Positions 19,069 through 29,400 of a stretch of DNA of 64,000 nucleotides are shown here, in pieces (the stretch's first letter is position 1; every line of letters starts with the position of its first letter). A program made the translations under genes and the position numbers. The notes under the pieces were generated by a model. That model saw nothing but the letters and a program-made list of their open reading frames with translations. It did no database searches and was not told the origin of the DNA. Origin of the DNA: a virus (Duplodnaviria > Caudoviricetes); the IMG/VR virus record IMGVR_UViG_3300035520_000885, positions 50,128-114,127 of that record; one strand, written 5' to 3'.

Positions 19069-22000
19069 ATGGATAGACCCGTGACGAAATATCCTACTCG
19101 GGTATTGAATATCAACACAAATAATACCTTTAACGAGGATTTGATGAATAGCACTATCAAGGCTGCCGTAGAGACGTCTTTCAAGTACTTGAGAAATCTC
19201 CAGCGGTCTTATGTGAATATTCTTCGATTTAATCTGACGAATGATGATATCTACTCGGATATCAATCACAAAGTCTGCGTTAGCTTGGATAAGGACTTCA
19301 TTGATGCAGTAAAGAGAAAAGAGTATAAGAATAGTGAATATTACGGGAACTATGTAACTCTTGACGAGATTGCAAAGAACCGTGACATATTCACCTGGAT
19401 TCCTATTGTCTTTATCAACGATGAGTTCAATCCTTTTATCAAGATAAAGTGCTCGTTAGATGGAACTACTGAGATTCAGCTCAGTAATCTCACATATAGC
19501 GCTGGATTCACAAAGAGAGAACACAGAATTTCTGTTACTTTCTTGAAGGATTGTGACTATACGAGTTTCACGACTCATAAGTATGCTATCAACGCATACC
19601 ACAATCTGATTCCTACTTCTAGTACTAAATCTACATTAGAACCTGGAATTGCTTTTGCTGCTCTGGTTTCTGATGATGGGAATCGTGCTACAAACTTCTC
19701 TAATGTTACAATCAATGAGGATTTATCTATTTCTCTTGATCTTGAGAATGAGGATGTTTCTTCTTTGGTTCAGAATAGTAGAGAAGTTACTGTGCATGTA
19801 TTTAGGATGAATCACTTCTATCCGATTGCTCATGTTAGTAATCCTAAGATGAGACTCGATGGAAAGTATTCATCTCTTATTACTGTGATTTCTCCAGATG
19901 ATAAAGACTCCAACGAGGTACTGAATATGCCGGTTCCTCCGCAGAATCTTTTCATCCTGAAATACGATACTACCACCAAGGAGTATACGTATATCAATGA
20001 TGCAGAAATCATTCATCACTATCCGAATATTTACGAGGTAAAGGCTGAAGAGGATGAAAATTCCCAGTACTTTGCCTGGTATTTTTACTACACCCCATCC
20101 CTAAATTTGAAATACAAGAACGCCTTTGACTATGTACACAAGTATTACATGTATAAAGCCGATACGAGTTATCTGAGTGAAGCAATCTGTAAGTTGCTTT
20201 ACGAGGGTCTGGATAATGATGCTCTAGAAGAGTACTTCTTTGATACCTTTGATTACGATGAAGCCGATTTCATCTATAATCATGGTGACTTTTTTGCTAG
20301 TGAGGAATATCCTTATACCCTGGATTACAAACTGGCAAAATTGAAAGCATTCATTCAGAACGACCCGTCCATCTTGACCGAATACTCTAAGCAGGTTGGG
20401 CCTGACTATGACTCTTACTTCTTAGACGTTCGGAATATTGACCTAGAGAATCGGAGACGTTCTGATACTGCTGGAGAAGCCGAAGTCGATTCCGACATCG
20501 TTCACTTCAGTGAAGACCACTATGTCCTCATGTTTAAGAATGACAGAATGGAGCCTCTGGACTTCAGAGTATTCATTGATGGCATTCTTTGTACTCATAC
20601 ATATGTGGTTGAGACCGAGGATATGGGATATATCTATATCCCTGTGGCATCTGTGAAAGAAGATTCCTATATCGAAGTAGAGAGATTCTATCAGTACACA
20701 CAGTTCACTCCTATCACGTTTGACTCTGTCGGACTGGATGAGAAAGAAATCGTATATACTGAGGACGAGAATATCACTCCTACTTTATTTGACCTCTTTG
20801 TGACAGACAAGAGTTTCAATCGGATTGACAGAACTAAATTTAAAATCTACTGCTTAGTAGATGAAGAGTATATTGATGTCAGTGACTATCTGGATGAAGA
20901 TATTGACTATGTGGAGAGTCCTGAAGATGGAAAGGTCTATGTCAATATTGACTATCTTGCATATGTCAACATCAGCGATTCCAGAGTTCCTCTTCGGTAT
21001 CTGAAACTGAGTAAGGTAAAAGTCATTCTGAATGATTCTTCTCTGATTGGAGAGAAACTCTATTTTGTCGTGAATAAGAATCCTTATTTACGTCATGAGC
21101 AGATGGCCACTACTGGTCTTCCGAAGGTGAAACTTTTCAATGGAAAGAATCCCTGGAAAGAGAGTTCCTCTTATATCCGCACATTTGTGAATGGACGTTT
21201 GGTTCATATCACTATGGACATCTATGAGGAAGACCCAACTCATACGTATTGCATCCCCCGGTGTTATATCCAAGAGAATGATATTCTCACAATTGATGTA
21301 TCTCCGTATTCTTATGAACTTGCATATTACACGGAAGAGATTCCTGAATCTTACATGATTGATTTGAGTGGAATCCTCACCAAGCCTGCTGATTTGGCAT
21401 ATTACGATATCTATCTAAATGGTAGACGTATGACTGACCGAAACATCCAGATGATTGGTGAGAATAAGATTTACTTCTATCATGTGGATTCCAGAAAGAA
21501 TCTTGCTATCTATCGGAAAGATTGGGACTATGACTTCTTTGGTCTGATGTCTCCTGTAGAGACTCCTATTGATAAACTCTTAAATTCCAATATCTCTGAT
21601 GAGGATAAGAGAGTTATCATGGACTCTATCGTTTATGCAAATCATGAGACAAAAGGTGATAGTACTGATACAGAATCTGATGTGGATGACTACACTTCTG
21701 TCGATGACTATGTGTATGAGTTCTATAGATTCTATCTGGATATCATTCAACCCACTGGAGTCTGCAAACCGAATGAGCTGTTTGTCTCTAAGACTGCTGC
21801 TGAAACTATCTACACTTCTGTGTATGAAGAGTTCTCTAATAAAGAAGACAGATTGGTGATTCGTCCCAATGTCAATTATGATGCTCCTGTCATTCTTATG
21901 ATTGGTAAAGAACATAATGCTTATTATGAGACTCAGGTTAAGAAGATGGCTCAGTATGTGGGAGATACTTCTCTTATCAGTGCATTCGGAGATGGTTCTA

Positions 22001-22098
22001 TTGCTGGTGCAGTAGTCGAACTCTTCTCTCGTCTGAAGGTCAAGTTCAAATTTAATGACAATGGTATTCTTACAGCATCTAAAGAAACTGATGATTAA
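19069..22098 (+). CDS. Large probable virion structural protein
   Basis: ~1010 aa, beta-rich with repeated (V/I)(F/Y).(N/D)G motifs; late promoter 19024-19035. Confidence 0.6.
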   Translation: MDRPVTKYPTRVLNINTNNTFNEDLMNSTIKAAVETSFKYLRNLQRSYVNILRFNLTNDDIYSDINHKVCVSLDKDFIDAVKRKEYKNSEYYGNYVTLDEIAKNRDIFTWIPIVFINDEFNPFIKIKCSLDGTTEIQLSNLTYSAGFTKREHRISVTFLKDCDYTSFTTHKYAINAYHNLIPTSSTKSTLEPGIAFAALVSDDGNRATNFSNVTINEDLSISLDLENEDVSSLVQNSREVTVHVFRMNHFYPIAHVSNPKMRLDGKYSSLITVISPDDKDSNEVLNMPVPPQNLFILKYDTTTKEYTYINDAEIIHHYPNIYEVKAEEDENSQYFAWYFYYTPSLNLKYKNAFDYVHKYYMYKADTSYLSEAICKLLYEGLDNDALEEYFFDTFDYDEADFIYNHGDFFASEEYPYTLDYKLAKLKAFIQNDPSILTEYSKQVGPDYDSYFLDVRNIDLENRRRSDTAGEAEVDSDIVHFSEDHYVLMFKNDRMEPLDFRVFIDGILCTHTYVVETEDMGYIYIPVASVKEDSYIEVERFYQYTQFTPITFDSVGLDEKEIVYTEDENITPTLFDLFVTDKSFNRIDRTKFKIYCLVDEEYIDVSDYLDEDIDYVESPEDGKVYVNIDYLAYVNISDSRVPLRYLKLSKVKVILNDSSLIGEKLYFVVNKNPYLRHEQMATTGLPKVKLFNGKNPWKESSSYIRTFVNGRLVHITMDIYEEDPTHTYCIPRCYIQENDILTIDVSPYSYELAYYTEEIPESYMIDLSGILTKPADLAYYDIYLNGRRMTDRNIQMIGENKIYFYHVDSRKNLAIYRKDWDYDFFGLMSPVETPIDKLLNSNISDEDKRVIMDSIVYANHETKGDSTDTESDVDDYTSVDDYVYEFYRFYLDIIQPTGVCKPNELFVSKTAAETIYTSVYEEFSNKEDRLVIRPNVNYDAPVILMIGKEHNAYYETQVKKMAQYVGDTSLISAFGDGSIAGAVVELFSRLKVKFKFNDNGILTASKETDD

Positions 22099-22147
22099 AG
22101 AGTACGAGCGACATTAAATTAATCAATAGAAAGGATGGTGGATATGC

Positions 22148-23029
22148 ATGAGTGAAGAAAAAAGCCTCCGCTATGGCATCTCTGCTCTTGATATGAAATA
22201 TCTGCAGTATGCAGAAAACGATGAGCTGATGGTTGTTGGCGAAACTGGTCGTATTGTCTATAAGCGCTCTGATGGTCAGATTGTCACTTATGAGGATACT
22301 ATCTATAACGACCGTATTCTTGCTATCTCTATTGCAGATGCTTTGAATAAAGCAAATGCATTTTCTCCCACAGATGAATCTGCAAGCACCATTGTCTATC
22401 AGACAGTGTCTCTTGCTCAGAAGTTATCCATCTTGGATGGCGTAAAGTTTAACCTGGAGATGAATAGTAAGTTTATCTCTAATGGTAAAGCTGGTGGATT
22501 TTTTTATCGCATTGGTGCGAATTCCAATATTTGCGCTATCATACGGTACCTTGAAACTGTCGGTAAAATGTATGGAGATTCTCCGAGTGCGAAAATCACG
22601 TTTGGCATTTATATGAATGAAAATGAGAATACCGAGCAGGAGTTCGACATCACTTATTCCAGTTTCAATAGTCTTGTGTATGTGAATGTGAGTCCTCCTG
22701 AGGACGCTGAAACTTACACAATCGTGTTGAAGGGAATCGACTTTACTGCCTATAAAGAGGTCTATGATGCTCTTGATAGTGCAGAAATGAGTCAGATTTC
22801 TCAGTTGAACTATGGCAACTCTAGGTTTGAAGTTAATAACTTCGATATTGTCACTTATAATAGTGACATGACGAAAGTCGCTCTCTGTGATGAAACAGAT
22901 GGGATGAGACTTGTTAATATTCTGCCTGTGGAGTTTGTCGAGGAGTCTACTACTGGTTCTGGTAGTAGCTTTGCGATGTCTGTTGACCAGCCTGATATTA
23001 CTGGTCTGTGGGCAAAAATTACTGAGTAA
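22148..23029 (+). CDS. Hypothetical protein, probably virion structural
   Basis: 293-aa ORF, late-type promoter 22110-22121. Confidence 0.6.
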   Translation: MSEEKSLRYGISALDMKYLQYAENDELMVVGETGRIVYKRSDGQIVTYEDTIYNDRILAISIADALNKANAFSPTDESASTIVYQTVSLAQKLSILDGVKFNLEMNSKFISNGKAGGFFYRIGANSNICAIIRYLETVGKMYGDSPSAKITFGIYMNENENTEQEFDITYSSFNSLVYVNVSPPEDAETYTIVLKGIDFTAYKEVYDALDSAEMSQISQLNYGNSRFEVNNFDIVTYNSDMTKVALCDETDGMRLVNILPVEFVEESTTGSGSSFAMSVDQPDITGLWAKITE

Positions 23030-23144
23030 AGTCTCACTTGGGGAAGCATCAAACGATGCTTCCCCTTTTTATTACATTATATTAAATGTGCAATGGGTCT
23101 ATGGATTCAATGCATAAATTTTTACTGAAAGGTATGATAAGATC

Positions 23145-24404
23145 ATGGCTAATGTTAAAAACGCTATTCTGAAGAAGAAGATTGGCGATATTATCTATGA
23201 CTTGATGGTCAAGACTACCACCAAGATGGTGGACTTCGACGACAATACCACGCTGGCTGCTAAGCTGGAGACCATGCTGTCGGATATCGCCGACTCCAAG
23301 GAGAAGCTGGCTACCCTGCTGGGTGATGACGCTGCCGATTCCATCACTTCTCAGATTTCTACCGCTGTTCAGAACGCCGTTGACAGCCTGACCAATGAGG
23401 ACGATGCTACCTCTCTGGCCGGTAAGATCAAGACTCTGAACGCTGCTGTGACTGCCATCAACGATGCCTCCACTGGTATCCTGGCAACCGCAGAGCAGTA
23501 CACCGATGACAAAATTGGTCTGAGTGGTACTGCGTATACCACTGTGAAGGCGTATGTCGATGCCGTTAAGAGCGACATCAACTCCGCCACCGCTGGCGCT
23601 TTCCACTTCAAGGGCAAGGTTGACTATGTCGACCAGCTGCCCACTGAGGGTAGCACCGAGGGCGACGTGTATCAGGTCCAGTATGCTGGTACTTCTGACA
23701 AGCCCTCCAGCACTGTCCTGAACGCTGAGTATGCGTATGATGGCACCAGCTTTATCGAGCTGGGCTCTGTCATCGATCTGAGCAGCTACTACACTGCTGA
23801 GCAGACCACTGAGGCTATCAACACCGCTAAGCAGGCTGCGATTGATGCTGCTGCTGCGGATGCTACTAGCAAGGCGGATGCCGCTCAGGCTGCTGCTGAG
23901 GCTACCGCTGCTGCGGATGCTACTAGCAAGGCCAATGCCGCTCAGGCTGCTGCTGAGGCTACCGCTGCTGCGGATGCTACCAGCAAGGCCAATGCTGCTC
24001 AGGCCGCTGCCGAGAAGACTGCTGCCGATGACGCTACTTCTAAGGCTAACGCCGCTCAGGCTGCTGCCGAGAAGACCGCTGCTTCTGATGCGACTTCCAA
24101 GGCAGATGCTGCGAAAGAGGCTGCTATTTCTGCTGCCGCCACCGATGCCACTACCAAGGCTAACGCTGCCCAGGCTGCTGCTGAGGCTACCGCTGCTGCG
24201 GATGCTACTTCCAAGGCTAACGCCGCTCAGGCTGCCGCTGAGGCTACCGCTGCCGCGGATGCTACTTCCAAGGCTAACGCTGCCCAGGCTGCTGCGATTG
24301 CTGCTGCTTCCGAGGAGTGCGCCACCAAGTGCCGTTTCCTGGTGTCTGCTGAGCAGCCCGAGGATCTGACCGAGGCTGACGTGTGGGCCGAGCTGGTTGA
24401 CTAA
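23145..24404 (+). CDS. Ala-rich repeat protein, probably a fibre or virion appendage
   Basis: Strong codon bias, FHFKGKVD...GDVY fibre-like module, eight 19-aa repeats. Confidence 0.7.
   Translation: MANVKNAILKKKIGDIIYDLMVKTTTKMVDFDDNTTLAAKLETMLSDIADSKEKLATLLGDDAADSITSQISTAVQNAVDSLTNEDDATSLAGKIKTLNAAVTAINDASTGILATAEQYTDDKIGLSGTAYTTVKAYVDAVKSDINSATAGAFHFKGKVDYVDQLPTEGSTEGDVYQVQYAGTSDKPSSTVLNAEYAYDGTSFIELGSVIDLSSYYTAEQTTEAINTAKQAAIDAAAADATSKADAAQAAAEATAAADATSKANAAQAAAEATAAADATSKANAAQAAAEKTAADDATSKANAAQAAAEKTAASDATSKADAAKEAAISAAATDATTKANAAQAAAEATAAADATSKANAAQAAAEATAAADATSKANAAQAAAIAAASEECATKCRFLVSAEQPEDLTEADVWAELVD
23849..24304 (+). repeat. Eight tandem 57-nt (19-aa) coding repeats
   Basis: Consensus AAADATSKANAAQAAAEAT; boundaries approximate. 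Confidence 0.85.
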
Positions 24405-24499
24405 CCAGTATCTAATGGGATGCACTTCGGTGCATCCCATTTTTTACACTGGTAAAACCTTTATATAATTAACTATATTATGAAAGGAGATGCTATAAA

Positions 24500-24760
24500 A
24501 TGGCTAAGATTATGAGTGACTCGAATCATGTCATTTTGCACTCGGTTGATAAAAAGACTAAGAAAGCGGAGCAGATGTTCCCGACCAATACCACCGATGA
24601 TGTGATTATCAACGATGATGGCGATGTTATCACCGAGTTTGTCATAAAGATTACTGACAGTGGTAAGGATTATCCTGTTGGTGTGACTCAGCTCGGTGAA
24701 GTAACTATCGAGGACGCTTGTCTGAATGTCATCAACGGTACGGCATCTGAGACGACCTGA
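24500..24760 (+). CDS. Hypothetical protein
   Basis: SD AAGGAG, 86 aa. Confidence 0.65.
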   Translation: MAKIMSDSNHVILHSVDKKTKKAEQMFPTNTTDDVIINDDGDVITEFVIKITDSGKDYPVGVTQLGEVTIEDACLNVINGTASETT

Positions 24761-24817
24761 GTTTTTCATAATAACTACAAAAAAGAAGAGACAGAGAGAA
24801 AATCTCTGTCTCTTCTT

Positions 24818-25450
24818 TTATAGCGACCACTTATATTCATGGATGAAGATGGCAAACTCATTCGGCCCTACGATAAGTTTACTATTCAAATCCAATGGAA
24901 CTTTCAACGGGTCTCCAGGTTCAAAGAAATATGCGCCAGTATTCTCATTTGTCCCAGTATCATAAAATAAACTTTCTATGATATAATAGTCTTCTGCATT
25001 CATCGCAGCAGACATAGATGTGTATCCGATTGTACCCAAGGCTTCCTGATATTTTTTCAGAAGACATGGGATTGTAAATACATAGAGACATCCAAAGACT
25101 TCTTGAGATAATAAATCCTCAGCCCATCCATATCGAACATCTGATTTCTCCTGGTGAGTCATCACGACATGCACTGGTCGTCCGTTATGGATGCACTTTA
25201 CTTTCTCTAAGACAAATCTCTCCATATTCTTCAATTCTCCACCAGGGCCATTGTCATCCAATTCCCTCTTAGTGACAATGAAGATATCTCTTCTGGTTTT
25301 CAGGAACTCTTTCAGGAGTTTCTTTTCATCTGTTAGCCCATATAAGATATAGTCGTTACTACCGGTGGAGTATTCGACTTTTGGAAAAATTGAGTTATAG
25401 ACATTTTCTGGCACTATGTCTTTTCTTACGTACAGAAAGTAAACTTTCAC
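24818..25450 (-). CDS. Hypothetical protein
   Basis: SD GAGGTG, 210 aa. Confidence 0.65.
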   Translation of the reverse strand: MKVYFLYVRKDIVPENVYNSIFPKVEYSTGSNDYILYGLTDEKKLLKEFLKTRRDIFIVTKRELDDNGPGGELKNMERFVLEKVKCIHNGRPVHVVMTHQEKSDVRYGWAEDLLSQEVFGCLYVFTIPCLLKKYQEALGTIGYTSMSAAMNAEDYYIIESLFYDTGTNENTGAYFFEPGDPLKVPLDLNSKLIVGPNEFAIFIHEYKWSL

Positions 25451-25500
25451 AATATCACCTCGCTTATCTTTTTCTTCTCTATATATTACAGCATTAAAGA

Positions 25501-26466
25501 TTACATCTCTTTTAGAAACCTGGCCATTGCTTCGGCCACGGTTTCTTTTTTAGGCGCAGCCTGAACGAGTAACTCATCGTGTTGGAAACCAGATGCACCT
25601 TTATGGCCTCCTCCACCATACTTGGTGGCAATCTGACTCACGTCCACCTTATCAGAATACAAACTGTAAGACCACTTGAGTCCATTGTAAGAGAACATCA
25701 TCAGAATGTCATAAGACTTCTTCAGGCTATCAAACCATGAGCTATTGACATTGTTGATAGCTGCGATATTCATGGCAAACGTAGGATGGTCTTCGAAGAC
25801 ACATTCGAATCCTTTACTCCCACAGTAATCTTTTGCCAATCTATCACGGAATCTTTTTACAATCTTCCCCTCTTCAATGAGATCATTTACAGAATCGGGA
25901 TTGCTCCACAGAGTATTCCATTCAGTATCACAAGGATTATAGTCGCTCAGGCCAAATCCAAGATTGAAAAGTTTTGTACGCTCACCATACTCAAACTTCC
26001 ATACATCCTGGTCAGAAATTAGTTTCACATACTCAGGAGCATTCTTCACCATATCAGGATTGAATTCCTTGATAACTTTTCCATCTTCATCTGTCATACA
26101 GAAAAGATAGATATAGCAAAGCATGCAACCAGCGATCCCCTCTTCATTTCTAATTCCAACAACTTCAAAGGGTAAATCTTTCAGTTTCTGGATAGCACTT
26201 ACATGATGGTCAATCCAGATGATATCGGTCGTGATTTCATGGAGTTGTTCCATTTCCTCAGGAGAAAGAGAATAATCTACAATGTAGACTTTTTCTCCTT
26301 TAGAGATGATATTGAATGGAAATTTCATCCCATAGTTAATCATATAGAAATCGTCAGGGTTGGCATTCAGTTTACCATTTCCAGAGATAGGGTATCCGTT
26401 CTCTTTTAAGAGAACCATAAATGCAGAGCACTTACCATCAGCATCCACATGATGAAAACATTTCAC
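25501..26466 (-). CDS. DHH/DHHA1 family phosphoesterase
   Basis: H.DADG, IVDYS, WIDHH, GGGGHKGASG. Confidence 0.88.
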   Translation of the reverse strand: MKCFHHVDADGKCSAFMVLLKENGYPISGNGKLNANPDDFYMINYGMKFPFNIISKGEKVYIVDYSLSPEEMEQLHEITTDIIWIDHHVSAIQKLKDLPFEVVGIRNEEGIAGCMLCYIYLFCMTDEDGKVIKEFNPDMVKNAPEYVKLISDQDVWKFEYGERTKLFNLGFGLSDYNPCDTEWNTLWSNPDSVNDLIEEGKIVKRFRDRLAKDYCGSKGFECVFEDHPTFAMNIAAINNVNSSWFDSLKKSYDILMMFSYNGLKWSYSLYSDKVDVSQIATKYGGGGHKGASGFQHDELLVQAAPKKETVAEAMARFLKEM

Positions 26467-27311
26467 GGCAACTTCACTCCATTCACTTTCAGATTCTGAG
26501 CGCGAGCTTTCTCCATAAACACATGGAGTCTATTGTATGCAATCTGAAGATTTTCCTGGATATTGTCCGCAGGACTCTGACCAGCAAATGTCTTCCAATC
26601 CAGGAAGAGCTGCCCAAGTTCCATACTGATATGAACCAAGTCTTCAGCACAGAACTGAGAACGAGCCTGACGCTCAACGTCACTCTCTTTCGTATTCTTC
26701 TTATTTTTCTCCATGATGTAAGAATAGAGCTCCTTGATGATATTATGCGTATACTCAGCAATCCGATTCGGCATCAGAGCAAGGATACTACTATTATCCT
26801 CTACACGAATCAGTTTATCATTGACAGCCATGTAAGATGCAGGAGCAAAGCGATGCTTCGTCTCAGTCCCGATATAATTCACATAAACGACAGCGCGATT
26901 CTTTAAAATATGTCTAGGAATGTCATCTACGTACTGGTACACGCCTGCAAACTCAGATGGTACAACATCACCGCATTCTGTCTTTGCAAACAGATTCACG
27001 AATTCAGGACCGATATTCTTCTCTTCCAGAATGGCAGAGTTAGAAATACCATCCGTTATATTCAGAATGGTATTGCACATGATAGGAATCACAGCACTGA
27101 GGTTACAATCGCCAATATTGACATTGACTCCTCTGTGCTTTTTCCACCCCTCATCAGTCTCCCCTTTAATCGTAGCAAGATAATCCACAACGGAACATGT
27201 ATTCAGAACTTCCAGACTGTTCTCCAGCATCTGAATCATACCGAAGTAGTAGAGTTGCTTATTTGCAGATTTGATTTCCTTTCGCAAAGTAGCATTTAAA
27301 TCGAAATCCAT
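26463..27311 (-). CDS. Hypothetical protein
   Basis: 282-aa ORF overlapping the next gene by 4 nt. Confidence 0.65.
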   Translation of the reverse strand: MDFDLNATLRKEIKSANKQLYYFGMIQMLENSLEVLNTCSVVDYLATIKGETDEGWKKHRGVNVNIGDCNLSAVIPIMCNTILNITDGISNSAILEEKNIGPEFVNLFAKTECGDVVPSEFAGVYQYVDDIPRHILKNRAVVYVNYIGTETKHRFAPASYMAVNDKLIRVEDNSSILALMPNRIAEYTHNIIKELYSYIMEKNKKNTKESDVERQARSQFCAEDLVHISMELGQLFLDWKTFAGQSPADNIQENLQIAYNRLHVFMEKARAQNLKVNGVKLP

Positions 27312-27392
27312 GATAATTCCTTCTTTCTAGTATAGTATGGGTAAGGGCTTAAATTAACGTCCTTCAGATTAGAAAAAAGAAATACCGGAAGA

Positions 27393-28127
27393 TTACAGCT
27401 CTTCCGGTATTTCTCTTGTCGGGTTCAATTTCACCGTAGTTGGTAGTCTCTCAACCGTTGGAGTTTCTTCTATGATTGGAAATGTGAGATCGGGTTTCTT
27501 CCCATCAGACCCTCCAGAATTCTTCATAGAAAAGTAAAGATTGATAAGTTGCATCGTGAGATTATCCATATTAATGGATTTCATCACGTAGTAAAGATAC
27601 TTTGCTTCTGTGTATGTTATCTGACAGAAATTCTCTGGAGCGTTAATCATGAAAGTGAGTCCTTCATAAGCACACTCTAGATTATCTCTCTCATAGACAA
27701 TGCTGTGCTGCACCTTGAGAGTCTTAAACTGTGTCACGACTTTCTCCGCTGCACTATTTGATATCTCATTGGCAATGCACAATTTGTCATTCTTATAGTA
27801 GTAGAGGTCTTTCAGGGATGTGAACTTCTGTATCATAGAGGTGAGCGTTTCGATGAATTCATACAGTGTAAATTTCGACATGCTGAATTGCATGTTTGCA
27901 TTCCAGCTATCTCCTCTATCTTTAGAATCTGATATATCCAAAACCACGAAGGATTTTGGCATGATTCTTAAATAATCACTCCCCCTAAATTGAAACTCAC
28001 TGATTGGTTGAATGAAAAGACGAGAGCCAGTCTTATAGGCTGGCTCGTCGTCCTTTATGATTGTAGTAAACTTCACTCGGAGTCTACCAATTCGTGCTAG
28101 TTCAATCGAGCTTTTGTACATTTGCAC
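27393..28127 (-). CDS. Hypothetical protein
   Basis: 244-aa ORF downstream of the RNAP beta-N gene. Confidence 0.65.
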   Translation of the reverse strand: MQMYKSSIELARIGRLRVKFTTIIKDDEPAYKTGSRLFIQPISEFQFRGSDYLRIMPKSFVVLDISDSKDRGDSWNANMQFSMSKFTLYEFIETLTSMIQKFTSLKDLYYYKNDKLCIANEISNSAAEKVVTQFKTLKVQHSIVYERDNLECAYEGLTFMINAPENFCQITYTEAKYLYYVMKSINMDNLTMQLINLYFSMKNSGGSDGKKPDLTFPIIEETPTVERLPTTVKLNPTREIPEEL

Positions 28128-28146
28128 TCGAGCCTTTCATTGAATT

Positions 28147-28452
28147 TCACTTGGAAGACGTATCAGTGGACTCTGTACTGTTCTCTTCGTTCTCAACGAT
28201 GACAGTGCATTTATCCTTACTGACCCCATAGACAGTCATGCTGTCTTTGTTAAACTTCTGAAGCTCATCCAGAAGTCTATAGTAGTCCTCCTTCGTCTCT
28301 GTCGTGATTTGGATGTGTTCCACGTCCTCACTGGACAGGATTCTATCCATATCATTCTTGAAGTCATACATAAAATCATCAGGTTCCTTGGACTCATCGA
28401 AGTAGAGTCCTTGGATTTTGCTGAATGGACTTAGGACACCACTTGTGCCAGG
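28147..28452 (-). CDS. rpoB: Putative non-virion RNAP beta N-terminal subunit, exon 3
   Basis: PGTSGVLSPF continues GNSD| after intron removal. Confidence 0.8.
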   Translation of the reverse strand, partial: PGTSGVLSPFSKIQGLYFDESKEPDDFMYDFKNDMDRILSSEDVEHIQITTETKEDYYRLLDELQKFNKDSMTVYGVSKDKCTVIVENEENSTESTDTSSK

Positions 28453-28877
28453 CAAGTATAAAAATTATACTTAGACTATATCATCATCTACTATACTCTG
28501 TTACCAAGTATAATAGAGCTCTTCGTTTCGGATTATTGGAATTTCTTCCTCACCTACATTTCACCCTATGATTGGGTCTACTCGCTTCGTGCAGATATTT
28601 CAATCTACCTTATTTTCAATCTGGCTAAGATAAATCTTATTTATGTATTTCTACAAATCCAGATATCTAGCTTTCCCTAGTCGTTGAACTCATATCTTAT
28701 CTTACTAAGATACTTTGCTGCGTCGATTACTCAACATCTCAATCTTTTTACTATACCTTTGGAGTTACCCATTGCCACTATAGTATTGCTACTATAGTTT
28801 AGTAATTGAGACTTACAAGTTTCCCGCAATTAGAAGAGGATTTAAACTATAGATTTCTCTATAGCCCGACCAAGTCG
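28453..28877 (-). mobile_element. Group I intron, ORF-less (425 nt)
   Basis: P1 tccgaU/Gtcggg, AATTGCGGGAA, GTTCAACGACTA, GATATAGTC, terminal G. Confidence 0.85.
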
Positions 28878-28974
28878 ATCGGAGTTTCCGCACACTAGAA
28901 TGTCTATATGCCCAAGCATGGAAGGATGTAACCCTCTATACCTAATGGAAATGTTGTTACTGTTTTTGCCTCCT
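28878..28974 (-). CDS. rpoB: Putative non-virion RNAP beta N-terminal subunit, exon 2 (97 nt)
   Basis: GGKNSNNISIRYRGLHPSMLGHIDILVCGNSD, cf. beta RDVHP.HYGR. Confidence 0.82.
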
Positions 28975-29400
28975 CGGACAATACAATTCATATCTCTATG
29001 AAGCCAGACTATATCTTCATTGTATTTCTACAATGCCTCCCGTTTCGGTTTATTACATCCGAAGATGCTCACCTACATTTCGCTCTATAATTGAGCCTAC
29101 TCGGTTCTACCTATTTTATAAGTAGCCTTTCCCTAGTCGTTGAACACACATCTCAATGAGATGCTTCGCTGCACCGATTGTCTCTACCTCTAATCTTTTT
29201 ACTATACCTTTGGAGTTACCCATTGCCATCAGATGTGTCACCACTCTGATTTAGTAATTAGAGTCTAGCGAGATGTCCCTGCAGTTAGAGAGGTTTTAAT
29301 TCTTCCAGAGGTGCCAAAAAGCTTACAGAAGTTAAAGAAATTAATGGACCTTTATTAAGCATAATTTCCTAAACCCAGGCAAACTCCTGGCGACAGGTTA
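28975..29400 (-). mobile_element. Group I intron, ORF-less (426 nt)
   Basis: P1 attcttU/Gaagaat with long L1 loop, GTTCAACGACTA, AAGATATAGTC, terminal G; restores KGPHSL|GG. Confidence 0.82.

Noticed and set aside
23849-24304. Regular repeats as a CRISPR array
   Set aside because: In-frame coding repeats with no unique spacers; no cas genes in the window
23082-24440. 452-aa antisense ORF
   Set aside because: Shadow of the biased codons and repeats of the + strand gene
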